Assembly (NCBI GenBank): GCA_021613535.1
Contig: CP075497.1
Location: 8,308,001-8,372,000 of the forward strand
Direction: 5' to 3'
Origin: Adineta vaga
Lineage: Eukaryota; Animalia; Rotifera
DNA length: 64,000 bases
In this document: positions 39,764 to 53,107 of the stretch, one piece after another
How the letters are laid out: every line of letters begins with the position of its first letter
Position numbering within the stretch: position 1 is the first letter of the stretch
The notes under the pieces: model-generated
What the model was told of the DNA's origin: nothing
Seen by the model: the letters and a program-made list of their open reading frames with translations, nothing else
Databases searched by the model: none
Translations under genes and position numbers: made by a program

Positions 39764-40644
39764 GTCTAAAAGAGAAAGAAAACTGGATAAAATATTCATT
39801 TCATTCATTTATAGCACTGCTCATAATTAAATCTCTTTTTTTTTCTATTACTTCTACTCTTCTATAGATTTATATTGAATAGCAGTAATTTTCTTGCACA
39901 ATGCGGAATATTCGTGATTATTTTAATCGTAGAGACACATTTCAGGTGCACGAGCAATATACATAACCCTAGACATATATGATGAGATGAAGTATCGATA
40001 AATGTCACAGAGAAGAAATCGCAGAATAAGGCATTGTCCTTTCTCTGTATTTCTCGATTTTTTTTCTTCTCTTTCTCTTTAGGTTGTATTTGTATATATT
40101 CCTATGATGAATTCACATGTAACCGTGTAAATATATACATGAAGCATAACCAATGCAGTTTTATTTCATAGTACAGAATTCTCTTTCGTTCTGTCATTTG
40201 TCAAAATGGATATGTACTGGCGATTATTCAGTTACAAGTCATTAGAAGGGAAAACAAACATATGTGATTGTATGTTATTGTGAGACGATCAACAGCTTTT
40301 TTATTGAAGTAACGGCAGCTATGGTAACAATAACTTAATTTAAAAACGAAGAAGGAAAAGAATAGAAACATTTTTTTTCCTTCTCTTTTCTTCATCTTTT
40401 AAAGTTCTGTTTGTATAGAACGAGTACGGTCGATAAGCATTCAGAAAGCAAACGAAAGAAAAATACCAAAAAGTGCCAACAAACAAACAGTAGGTAGTGA
40501 AGTTAATATTTCTATTACGTATGATGAATAAAGATCCGAAGCTTTTATGTACATAATCGTGACTATAATTAATCAAGAACTGAATAGAAATGTGAAATTT
40601 TGATTATATACAAAATTAATTGTCTTTTATAGAAAAGAAACACG

Positions 40645-42547
40645 ATGTTGTCGGATGAAACAATATCAAATTTTCGTTTACATCGTGATACACGTCTTGA
40701 ACCAACTTCACAACCATTTGTAGTACCTACGAATGGACAACGTCATGTACCAGTTCCTAAACAACAACGTCCTGTCGTATCTGAACAAGCTTCAACATCA
40801 CGTACATCGAAATCAATAATTGATGCTAAAAATCGAGCTGTCAGTGATAGTTGTATGGCTGCAGCTATTGGAGATTTACAATGGTTGAAACAAAGTATCA
40901 GAGATGGACCACTTGGAAGTGGTGAAGCTATAAGTATCGAACAAACATATGGAAAAGATGTACATATTTGGAAAAAGATTTTCATTTTATCATCTGATTA
41001 TATTTTTCAATTCTAGGGTCTTGCTCCCATTCATCTTGCTGCCTTACATGGTCGATTAAATTGTTTATCATATCTAATCGAAACTATTCATATAGATATT
41101 GATCTGCCTAGTGCAACAGGTTGGCGTCCAATTCATATATGTATATCAAAAGAAACCGGTGCACGTTCATTTCAATGTTTACAATATCTTGTTGAACATG
41201 GAGCAGATATAAATATGTATATTTTCAACAAAAAAAGAACTACATTAACTCATGAATTCTATTTCTTTTGATTTATTTTCTTTCCAGAGAAAATGATGAT
41301 CAACTAACTCCTCTTCATCAAGCAGCGTCTGAAGGTCATATACAATGTTTAGAACTATTACTTGCAAATAATGCTGATGTTTATGCAGAAGATAGTCGTA
41401 AACAATCTCCTCTTGATCTTGCAAAATTATGGGGACATAAACGATGTGCTAAATTACTTGCAGCTGCAATGTGGCATCAAAATAAACATTTATCAGAAAA
41501 AGAACGTCGTTTAACACGAAATTCTAAGATGGCTGATATTTTACTACAGATTAAACAAGAACATGCAGCTCTATTTGAAGAAAAAGGCGAAGTAAATGAT
41601 CTTTAAAGATTCTTTTGGAAAAGATGAATATAAATTATCTAGGAAATGTTTGATCAATGGTTAGTTAGTGCAGGTACTGGATCTTCAGTACCGACGAGTT
41701 TAAAAGACAGTAAGTGGTACAATTATGTTCATATATATTCTAAGTATTTTCTTTCATATTTTTGGGAACTAAATCTTCAAGTCCAACAATTCCATCAAAA
41801 CAACAACCATCACCAAATTCAAAAACACTTCCGCCAATTACACATGAACATGTGATCAATCAACAATCATCAAGACCAAGAACAAAACTAGATAAAAGAT
41901 TCATACCAAAACGTATTCGACCACCAATCTATGTTAATGCAAATAAGTGGAATATATCAACACGTGCTAAACCAAATTCCTATATAACTAATTTAACGGA
42001 TGCATATCCACGTGATCCATTTACTAAAATGCCACCTAAACGAGATGCTGTAGATATCTATCATTTACTTCAAAGTATATTTTCATCTATATTTCGACAA
42101 TCATTGATCTTATTGTTCTTTTCTCATTCAGATATGACATTAACTGATGTAAAAAAATTTCTTGAACGTCGAAAAGAACGATTAACTGATCCACAAGATG
42201 TCGAAGAACAAGCTCAGAAACAACGACCTGTTGTTTATGCTCCATGTCATGTTGATGATATTCAAACTTTACATAAAGCAAGAAAAGGTGAAGAATCCTA
42301 TCAACCATTAAGATATTTTGATGAAGGTGGTTTACATATGACTAATGATGCTCAGGGAAGTGTTTTCTATCATCAATTATCCGAAACAATGGATGAAAAA
42401 GAAAATACGCTTTTATCTCGATATGAAGCAGCTGAAGAAAGAACAAAATGGGATTTATTTCAACAGTACGGAACAGAATTAGTTGACTTTTTAACAGATC
42501 ATCGTGGTCGTTTTAAACGACAATATGATAAAGTTTTTATTACTTAA
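40645..42547 (+). CDS. ANKRD53: Ankyrin repeat protein, ANKRD53-like
   Basis: GLAPIHLAALHGRLNCL, LTPLHQAASEGHIQCL, PLDLAKLWGHKRCAKLLAAAMW. Confidence 0.7.
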
Positions 42548-44325
42548 AAATGCATTTTTCTTTAATTATAAACAGACAATATTCTGTATGAAATATCTAG
42601 TAGTTTATGTGAAAAACAAACTGACTTTATTTTGATCGACAAATTTGATTAATATGCAAATAATGACACTATTGTTGTATAATATAAACTTCTTGTAAAC
42701 AGAAGAAATGTTTCTTCAATAGTAATGAAAACAATTGATAGATGTAGACGATCGCTTTCTAGTATTTCACTGTTTAGTATCAAATGACATACAGACATAT
42801 GCACATTTTCAATGTTTATATTTATTTACACAGTCTTTGTATTATTATGAATCATTAAATATCAATGCTTTTATAAAGTCAACTAATGTTAATGATGAAC
42901 TTTTTTCTTGTATCTTCCTATTTCAATTGAAGTATATATTATTAATCAGCACATGTTACATTATTGAAAGAGATAATGGAAATCCATTGACATGGAAAAG
43001 ATTCATTTAATTATTTTTTAATAAAGACATGGAAATAAAGTATCAAAGGTAAGGATGTGTTCTACCTCAAAGGTAAGTAGAGGTCATCTATTCTTCCTCT
43101 TCTATTCTACGCATAATTTATTTTAAAATGAACTAATATGTTTTGATAGATATGTGAGTTTATTTGACAATATACTAAACAGAAACCAATAATTCTTTCA
43201 TAGTCATCGAATTTAGTGAACAGATAATTTTATACGAATCGATCATCATTTTTCAATCTCGATAAAAGAAATGTATATCAATAGTTTATTGTTATAGAAC
43301 AATAGAACGAATCTTTTGTAATTTCATGATTAATGCTATAGATCATTTCTGCAGATGACAATTTATTTATTCAATAAATATCTCTAACTAAAATCTCGAT
43401 TTATCATCATAATTTGAGGAGAAGAAAGGAGAAGAACGATAACGTTTTAAATTGTCTAAGAAGATAAAAACAAATGTCTTCTTTTTATATAATATCCTTG
43501 AAAGATAACTAAATATTTAAAGTAATGTTTATTCATTCTTCATCGTTTGGTATCTTTATTTTAATACGATGAAACGTTAATTCATATTTAACCTGATATC
43601 CATTTCCTATGTGATAATAATGATAAAAGATTATACCATTAAGATCTTTTTTTTCTTCTTTTTTCACTGTTGAAAGAGAAAGATCTTCTCGTTAATTTTT
43701 CTTGTGTGTTCCTATTGACTAAAGTCATTTCCTATACATTAAAGCGCGATAATAAAACGGAAATGATTTTAGTTCCATCCTCCCCCAACTCTCTCTCTCT
43801 CTCTCTTTGTTTGTCATTCTCGATAAAAAAAATGTTCTCTTATATTTCTACTATGCTAAAGGTTTCGATATAATAATAATAGTTGTGTCATATGTAAGTA
43901 TACATGCGAGGGTAGATTAATCAGAATGCTCGAGGAGTTGAAATACATGACAGAATTTCCTATTTTTTCTTCTTCGTCTCATCAAGATAATAAGATTGAC
44001 GTGCATGGGTTTCCAAATTTTTTTGTTATTGTCATTTATTACAATCAGTAGAGTGGTAGTATCTCGCATTCTTCATCCTTCGCCTCTAATCTGTTGACAG
44101 CCAATTCTGTATATATGTCTATATTCTCTCCTTCTTCTTCTTCTCCTTTCTTACATGCATCATGGGTATTTATAATAGTTATACTAGTGATAGGATATAG
44201 AAAAGAAGAAAAGAAGGCGAATAAAACAGTGTGTAAGATGTATGAAAACGAATCTTTTCTTTTTCTTTTTGATTCTTTTCTATTTAACGTTTGATGATAG
44301 ATGAGAGTGTCGAAGGAGAGAGAGA

Positions 44326-44341
44326 GAAAGAGAGAGAGAGA
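44326..44341. repeat. (GA)n tract upstream of the MFS gene
   Basis: Interrupted GAGAGA run starting near 44316. Confidence 0.6.
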
Positions 44342-44866
44342 AGAAACAAATCTCTTTGTGATTCGAACATGTGATAAAGGTACAGCTGGTATAGATGATT
44401 GACTTTAAACTAAAGTTTCGTTTTTCGAAAATCGAATCATACTATACATGTTATTTTCTTATTGTATGATGTCATTTATTAAATAGAAATGTCAAGGTTA
44501 GAACTTGAAAATCTTCTTCTCAATGAAGATTATAATTAGTCATACGCACAAATAAACAAAGAATAAATTATAGAGAATTGAATTTCTCAGAAGAATACAT
44601 TTATTAGTTTAATGATAAGAAACTCAAATTTCTATAGAAGATTTTTCCATGGAGATTTTAATATAGGAAAAGCGAGAAAGGTCGTTGGATTGATATTCTA
44701 CATGGAATATCTTCTTAGATGATTGTGTGAGAAGAGAAAAAAAATCAGAAGACAAATAGATAGAATTGTTCTAAAGGGTTCTTTCTTCTTCTTCGTCGTC
44801 GTCATCGTCGTCGTTCTATCTAAAATATATCAAAGAAATATTTTCTTTTTTGATTTCAGACATATT

Positions 44867-46649
44867 ATGGATGCTGATCATATAAACTATCAACAACAAA
44901 TAGCACAATCTACAAATGAAGAAAAAAGTCATGAATTAATGGAAAAAATCGAAGATGCGCCAAAACAAGATAATATTTCGATAGGTATTAATCAACATCC
45001 AGATGATTATCATACAATTCAACAAAATGTCGATAATACAATGACTATTTTAACACCAATTCAACGACGCGAAAGAATCTCTACGTTATTAATTATTGCT
45101 TTAATTGCTCTTCTAACAGGTTTAGAATAAAATTCATTAAAAAAAGAAAATAAGACTTTTCGTTTCCTAGGCATTGATTATGCAATTATTTTACCAACTG
45201 CATGGGGTTATATCAATACATTTATGCAATTTCATTATGGTGGTTTTGTTATGGGTATACTTTTGTCTGTATTTGCTTTATCAGGTGCAATAGCTGGTCT
45301 TGTACTTGGATATTTGAATGATACAGGAATGTCATTGAAACGATTAGTTATTTTTGGTATTATATTTAAAATTATTGGAAATCTTCTTTATTTTATTGGA
45401 ATTAATATTTATATTGTTGTTATATCAAGATTAATTGCTGGAATTGGAATGGGTTTAGTCGTAAGAGATTTGGAAACGATTTACAATTAGAATGTGTTTT
45501 TTTTTTCATAAATTTTTAGCCACCATTGTTAGCTGAAATCTCAAGACGATCAACATCAAAAACACGTACACAACTATTAGCAAAAATTCTTGGTATGTAT
45601 TTTCTATAAACAAAACTTAATTCAATGAAAAACAATGTAAAATTTTATTTAGCATGCCGTCAAATTGGCCTTCTACTAGGACCTTGTTTTACAATCTTAT
45701 TTAAACAAATGAAATTTACATTCCTTGGTATTGAAGTCACAATGTATAATTCACCTGGTTTGTTAATGGCAATCTTATGGATTATATTAATAGTTTTAAC
45801 TCTATTCTTCTTTTCGGATTTACCCTTATCTGTAGTAAGTAAAACGAAAATATACATTAAATGATTGCAAACTTTTTCTCTTTGATTTTAGACTGATCGG
45901 AAATCATTTTCAAATTCCACGAATGATTATTCAGTTCAACAAGCAATGAAACGACTTTCGACAATGTGTAAAAAACCTGTGATTCTAGTATGTAGAAATC
46001 ACTTCGGACTTAGATTTTCTTATTCTTCATGATATTTTAGGTTCTTCTGATAACTTCATTTATTGCATATTTCAATCAAACAGCATTAGAAACAACATTA
46101 ACACCATTTACTAATCAACAATTTAATTGGCATGAATTACAAGTATCAATTTTATTTGCCGTGGCTGGAATTGAAATTACTCTTGTCTATGTTTTATTAC
46201 ATTATATAACAAAGAAATGTCCCGATCAATCCATATTACTTTGCGGTTATATTCTTCTTAGTGTAGCTTGTTTAATTGCTGTTATTATTCTACCTTTGTC
46301 AGAGCCAGGTTCACACAAATATCTACCCATTTTTCTAGTCTTCGTTGCTTTGGATATTCTTGCTCTACCTCTCGTTGTTGTTACAAGCACAAGTTTGTTT
46401 ACTCAACAAATCGATAATGATGAACAAGGAATTGGTCAAGGAATTCAACGTTTTGTTATTAATGTTGCAACCGTTGTTGGTCCATTGTATGCTGGAAGTC
46501 TTTTACAATCAACTTGGATTATGCTTTGTACAATGTTATTTATCGTTTTATTTGGAACATTTCTTATTATAGCTACATATCGATCATTTAAAACGAAACA
46601 TGATGAAGAATTATCTGCGTTAATACGACCGGTCAATGAAAATCGATGA
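44867..46649 (+). CDS. Major facilitator superfamily transporter (MFSD8/CLN7-like)
   Basis: IDYAIILPTAWGY, ISRLIAGIGMG, CRQIGLLLGP, ETTLTPFT..FNW, QGIGQGIQR..VVGPLYAG; about 12 TM segments. Confidence 0.82.
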
Positions 46650-46855
46650 GAAAAACAAGCTAACAAGCAATCTTTTTTTCCTGTCGTGAATTTTAATATT
46701 GTGCTTTTCTTTTCTTTTTTTTGTGTCATATAATCAGAAATCTCAGATTTCCAATGAACATGATCATATTGTATTTAGAACTACTCAATAATCATGAATG
46801 ACTAATACGAAATTCGTTGTGTTTATATGAAAGATAACAATTTATTTATTTTATA

Positions 46856-47539
46856 TTAAACGTCACATTCTTTAGCATTGAGACATGAATCTGGTATAGC
46901 AAATACACTTGGATCAGGTTTTTCGACAGCATAATTATCGAAGAATTGACTAGCAAAACCAGTTGTAGCACGGAAAAAGAATTGTGATGGTGTACACATC
47001 TTATTTTCAGCTGATGATCGACATGTATCTTCGAAAAATGAGTAACCAAAAGGACCAGCTGGATCTTGTGGATCATCAAGTACCCACCAGAGAACTGGTC
47101 GAGTATAATAAACACCTGAACCGTTATATTTAACTCCGGCAGCTTTTTCTAAGAAATCTGGTGCTGGTGGATTCCATGGTTTTTGATAGATACAACATGG
47201 TGGTCGACCAGTTGCCCGAGGATTTGTAACAACAAGATAAGCTGTTTCATTAACATTAAGAAAATTACATGTGAAGTTATTACTAGTTGATTCAAAGATT
47301 GGAATGCAAATATCATGGTAATATTCGATCATAGCTGGAAGTGACCAATCGTAATAGGTTCGACCACGACCTGTTGTTGTATTTACGGTTGGTATAGTAT
47401 TATAAGGTGGTAATTGAATATCATCATAAACATGTGCCATTGTCCATTGATACGTAAAATAATTTGGCCATTGTGGTGGCGCAGGTTGACTATTACTCAG
47501 AGTAAAACAAATAAATAATAAAACAATTGAAAATAGCAT
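46856..47539 (-). CDS. Secreted ependymin-related/LolA-fold-like protein, intronless, 227 aa
   Basis: Signal peptide MLFSIVLLFICFTLSNS, then PAPPQWP..F, YYDW, CC..PPAPDFL, and C-terminal PDPSVFAIPDSC. Confidence 0.6.
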   Translation of the reverse strand: MLFSIVLLFICFTLSNSQPAPPQWPNYFTYQWTMAHVYDDIQLPPYNTIPTVNTTTGRGRTYYDWSLPAMIEYYHDICIPIFESTSNNFTCNFLNVNETAYLVVTNPRATGRPPCCIYQKPWNPPAPDFLEKAAGVKYNGSGVYYTRPVLWWVLDDPQDPAGPFGYSFFEDTCRSSAENKMCTPSQFFFRATTGFASQFFDNYAVEKPDPSVFAIPDSCLNAKECDV

Positions 47540-47838
47540 TTTATGTTCTATTTGAAAAAAATTGAATGAAATCGAGAGATACAAGATATCTCTATTTAAA
47601 TGATTCCATTCGATTATTTTTATTCTAGAAATATTAGTCAGTAACAATCTGTTACGATTCTCATAATCTTATCAATAGATTCCTATTTATCATGCCGACA
47701 ATGCATTTTTCTCCTCGATCTCTCAAGGTTATTTGTACCAACAAATACGAACATATTTTGACATAGATATCCTTCGAAAATGATGTTTTATTTTTCTTTT
47801 ATTTGAAACTAATCAAAAAAAAATATTTCGTTTTTTTC

Positions 47839-48414
47839 TCATTTAGCTTCATTTTCAATAATCTTTAAATCTTCAAAACTAATCTCAAAACCTTGTGTTT
47901 CTTCACCAGGTGATGCACACATAATACCAACTAATAGATTTTGTTCTTTTCCAATCACTGGAAAATAAGCTAATCGCATCATTTTATAATCACCATGTTC
48001 ACCTTCAGCATATTCAATATGGATAGCTTCTTTTTCACGTTTAACGCGTAGTTTTAAAACATCAGGTGAACTTATTGGAACAATACTCCAATCAGACCAA
48101 CCATTAACTGTAACGACAACACTTGCATATTGATTACCATCAACATATTCAACACCACATTTTATCCAATTCTTATCATCAGTGCGTATCATTAAACCAC
48201 CTTGATCATAAAGTGTATGATATTTTCCTCGAACATTCACTGTAACAGTGAAGTCTTGATCACCTGGAAGAGAACGATAGTAGAAATGACCATTGTCTCG
48301 TTCGAAACCATAATGTGTTTTACGCCAGAAATCAGTTTTACCATTGGTATGGACAGTAATAACTGAAGATTTATCCGACCATTGTTTAGGTTCATTCAAC
48401 CATGTAAAATTCAT
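47839..48414 (-). CDS. DUF1349/Ree1 concanavalin-like protein, bacterial-type, intronless
   Basis: WLNEP..W, KTDFWRKTHYGFERDNGHF, YDQGGLM, WIKCGVEY, SVVVT..WSDWS, VGIMCASP..GF. Confidence 0.88.
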   Translation of the reverse strand: MNFTWLNEPKQWSDKSSVITVHTNGKTDFWRKTHYGFERDNGHFYYRSLPGDQDFTVTVNVRGKYHTLYDQGGLMIRTDDKNWIKCGVEYVDGNQYASVVVTVNGWSDWSIVPISSPDVLKLRVKREKEAIHIEYAEGEHGDYKMMRLAYFPVIGKEQNLLVGIMCASPGEETQGFEISFEDLKIIENEAK

Positions 48415-48722
48415 CTTAAAAATAAGATCATAACGAATCACAATTAACTTGCAAAACTTCTGATACTAAATCTTTTTATCACATATTACACATAGTATCA
48501 AATTGATTCATCGAAAACCAGCAGAATATATTTTCATCAATTCTTTATTTCTTTGTTAAAAAAAATTTCATAAAAACCCTATTTGTGGTTTGAGAAAAGG
48601 AAAATAACACACATCAATGGAGAGAAAACAAGTGAGATATAGTAAAATAGGTGAATGATACACGCACACACAAGTACCTATTTATATACGCATCTGAAAA
48701 TAGCTAGCTAGGGAGTTTTCAT

Positions 48723-51700
48723 TCATGACTGTGAAGGAGAAGAATGTTCGTTATTTCCATCCGGATTCGTTTGAAAAAGTTTGACATTTGAAAATATCAT
48801 TTGACTTGTTGCTCGATTGAGTTTTTCCAAACGATCCTATGCATATCAATTAAGAATTTGATAATTAAATTAGAACACTTACTCGTATGGTATGAATATC
48901 ATTTTGAATTCCTTCATTATTCACACAAAAATGATTGATCCATTGATTGACACTATTCATATGAGAAACGATTGCATCGACAATCGGAGGTAATGCTGCT
49001 GCTGATGTTTCATTTGTTTCTGTAATCGGTTGAATTGAAAGAGTCGATGGCGGTGGTAGTAATGAAATTTGTTCGTATATCTGATTAGGAAGATCGTCAC
49101 TTTTATTTGAACATGGCGTTGCAAATATAGTTGAGTCAATAGTCTAAAAGTAATTTTCAAGTAAGTGTAATGTCTTCTTCTTCTTTTTTATAAATATTAA
49201 TCGAGAGAAAAGTTATTGAAATTCTAATAGAATTACTAACCGATGATTGCTTCTCTTCTTTGTCAATTGGAGTGGAACTTAAAATGTTTGAAATGAAAAA
49301 TCCTAACGAAAAAAAGAAATGGCGTAGATATTTCTACTGATAATCAACGAAAACCTTTTTCTTCTTTGATTGGACTTGGTGTCTTTGGTAACTCCGGTTC
49401 TGGTAATAACTAAAACAAATGAATGAATATATGGTATTATATGGTCGAATCAGATCCAATAAAGTACTTTTAATTCATCACAATGTCGAGCAAGTTTTTC
49501 ACATTGTTCAATTAATTGTTTGATTGATTTATAGTTTGATTCATTATCCTCGTATATTAATGATTGTGGATAGAAAAAAAACAATTTTTCATGTTGTATT
49601 TGTTGAATATTAGATGATTGATTTGATTTTCTAGAAAAGACATAGACATTGTTACTTCGATTATTTCGAAATAAAAATTTGTCGTACTGATTTTTAATAA
49701 TTGTTTTTACTGTTTGAAGATATTGTATAGCGTATTGTTCATATGAAGATGCTGAATAATTGGAATGTTGTTCGTATGCAATCTGAGCCTAGATTAAAGA
49801 ATTGATGAAAAGAAAAATGAATTTTAAATTCATTTACTGTTTTAAAAAGAATTTTTGCTGTTTGAAGAAGTATAATTTTAGGTGGATATTGACTGAATCT
49901 TTGATCATCAAGACGAATAGTTCCAAGATGATCAATAAATTCTGACTTTGATCTAAACAAAAAACATTAGAAAAGAAGAATTTCGTTTTTAGAAAAGACT
50001 TTTACGTTCGTTCCAATGCAGTTTGCCACCAAAGTTTTTGTTGTTGTGTGCATAGACTCGACGAAGAATAGAGTAGATACGGATGTAAAATTGAATCTTG
50101 TTTATGATTAGATATATTTTGTTGAGCACACAGAAGAAGAAAAATCTAAAAGAAATTCAATAATGAACAGAAACTAAACCAAATCCACTGGCATTACAAT
50201 AATATCTCGTTCGTTCAATGAGTTCATTGTTATGGGTTTTTGTTCGAAATCAATCGGTTCAACGGAAACATGTTCACGAATTATACAATTAATAAAAACT
50301 GATAAAAAAAATAATGAATATACATTGAATTATCAACAATTTTTATTTACCTCCTAATAATATTCGATCCGCTTCCATCATGCAACATAAAATCCAGATA
50401 CAGAAATTTAATTTTTGAATGTGATCTTTGTTCACTAAAATAAACCATACATCGAATTGGAATACCAATGATAGTCGAATATTTAGCAATTCATCACGTA
50501 GATAGATAAACACATCTTTCTATCAAACGGCTACTTGAAATTTGCTCTCGAAAGGTGAACTGTATCGTTTATCTTTTAGAGATTGGTTACATCATTTCTT
50601 TGCATGAATTATCTCAATATACATAGTAAATGACTTACATTGATTTAATGTATGAACAAAACCCAAATGCATTAGATCATTATATTTTTCAATAGTTTTT
50701 TCATTGTATTTTGGGAAACGTCGAATAAATACAAAACCATTTGTGTCCTGTAAATCATCTTCATCATTATCGTTTTTTAATAAAAAATTATCAATAAATT
50801 CATTAATTTTATCTCTCAACGATACAGTTGAAAATAGATGATCAATCATTGTTTCAATCTACAAATTTATTCAAATAAACTATTTTTATGTAATAAAATT
50901 CGATAAACCTACATGTCGTTCATAAGTCGAATGTATATCATTCAATTGTGATTGAGATAATGTTGGTAACCAATATCCTAAAATGACATGAAAACGTTTC
51001 TATCATTAGATGAAATATAGATTTATGCTTACCCATAATCAATGTTCTTTTAAAATATCGAAAACGCATTGAACGTATACATGACGAATATTGATTTCTA
51101 ATTGATGGTGTTTCATATGATTGATTTTGCTCCAATAATAATAAACACATTGCTGCACAAGACATTCGTGCTTCATTTGTCGAACGACGTCTCTGAGAAA
51201 GGATAACAAATATTCATAATAAAACATGAAGAAAGAAAAGTAAGTAACCAAAAAATCGTTACTTACAATTGTATTTAATTTGATTATAGCAATAGATGCA
51301 TACATAAGTAATTGACATTTAGCTTCATATAAATATGACTTAATCTCATCGGTTGGTGGTATATTGAATAGAAATTGGGTTAGACTAAAGATTAATTATA
51401 GAAAATATGTTTGTATATTGATAGAAAGGAAAAAGATAACTGTTTTACTCATTTAAAGCATCAGCTGTAACATCCCAATAAGCTTCATACAAGCTACTTT
51501 CCAACCGTCGAAGGCCAACATCAATTGCATAATAGTACACCGTTGTCATCGGTAAATTCGAAGTCTAATAGACAGAAAAAAGACTTTTATTTTTCATCAA
51601 GTATTTCTCATGTATAAAAACATACAAGTAACGTTTGAAAAGCATTTTTATTCCAATCAATATTATTCGAATTAATTTCATCATCAATTTCATTCAATAA

Positions 51701-51727
51701 CGGAAAACTTCTCGCCATTGTTGACAT
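48723..51727 (-). CDS. Multi-exon gene of unknown function
   Basis: AG|ATG start (MSTMARSFPLL), many coding-like exons between short GT-AG introns, last exon DRLEKLNRATSQMIF...SPSQS*. No family recognised. Confidence 0.6.
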
Positions 51728-51810
51728 CTAAAATTTATAGATAAAATCAACACAAGTACTCTCTTCTATCTACATCACGTGTAACATTTATAAATACATG
51801 CAGTTAAAAG

Positions 51811-51920
51811 GATTGGGTAGGTGTTATGTCGCCATCTAAGTTTAATTTGATTGGTCTATGAGTTTAACCAATTGAATCAAAGTCTATTGGTTCGTTCGTT
51901 TTCCTACGTATATATATAAG
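51811..51920. promoter_or_regulatory. Bidirectional promoter region with clustered CCAAT/ATTGG boxes and a TATA-like element
   Basis: ATTGG/CCAAT at ~51812, 51850, 51868 and 51886; TATATATAAG at ~51911; lies between divergent ATGs at 51727 (-) and 51987 (+). Confidence 0.5.
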
Positions 51921-51986
51921 TTCTTACAACACACACGAATATTCATTAATCAGTTTTTTGACCTTCGATTGGGAGTAAAACATACT

Positions 51987-52962
51987 ATGGATGACGAAAG
52001 TTTAGTATTTAATTTCTGGCGTATGCGAAGAACTGCTTTACATGTAAAAATGAAGACAGAAATTGGAAAAAAATGAACTTCTTCTTGTTTATTTTTGCTT
52101 CCACAGATGTGTCATGATCGTGGTTATATTGTTGGTCAAGATGAACTCGATCAATCATTTGAACAGTTCAAAGATACATTCGGTGATAAGCCCAGGTATA
52201 TACATATCAGATAATTGATGAAGAAAACTTTAGCTAATAATCTTTTCTGTTTAGTGAATCGAAACCAGCTCGATCACATTTAACTATTTTAGTTGCACAT
52301 ACCGATGATCCTACAAATCTATTAGCTGTACGATTTTCTGAATGCACGAAAAAAGTTGGTATTGCCGAGATCAAGGAATATTTGCGACGATTGGAAGATG
52401 AGAATCTAACCAGTACGATAATCGTTGTTCAAATAGGTTTGACACCGGCAGCTCGTGATGTAAATTTCTCAATGAAGAATTTCAAATAAAAATCAGACAT
52501 ATTCTCGTTTCGTTTAGGTTATGACAAACGGGATAGAAAATCAAAAAGTTCATTTTCAAGTTTTTCTTGAAAATGAATTATTAATAAATATTACTGACCA
52601 TAATGTAAGAAATATTTATTGATATAGTTGTTTACTAATCAATTTGATTAGCTTGTTCCAAAACATGTGGTCTTAACTGTGGATGAAAAACAAGAATTAT
52701 TACAAAGATAGTAAGTGAAAAGATGTTTTGTAATTAATAAGTTTTGTTTTATCAATCTTATCTTAGTCGATTGAAAGAAAGTCAGTTACCACGTATTCAA
52801 TCCGGTGATCCTGTTGCTCGATATTTTGGTTTAATTCGTGGTCAAGTAAGTTCATACATCTACAAATTATCATATTTAAAAGAATAATATTTCTAGATCG
52901 TTCGAATAACACGAGTATCTGAAACAGCTGGTCGTTATATAACGTATCGTTTAGTAACATAA
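51987..52962 (+). CDS. POLR2E: RNA polymerases I/II/III common subunit RPABC1 (RPB5)
   Basis: [58 protein letters not shown]. Confidence 0.96.
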
Positions 52963-53107
52963 ATCAAAATGAACTTTTTCATTTCTCATTAAATAATTTT
53001 TTTAAATAATCATGAATTTGTTTTGAAAGAGAAAAAAATCAAATCATTTTTTTGTGATAATTAATAAATAACGAATAATAATTGTAGATATTATATTTTC
53101 TTTCTCA

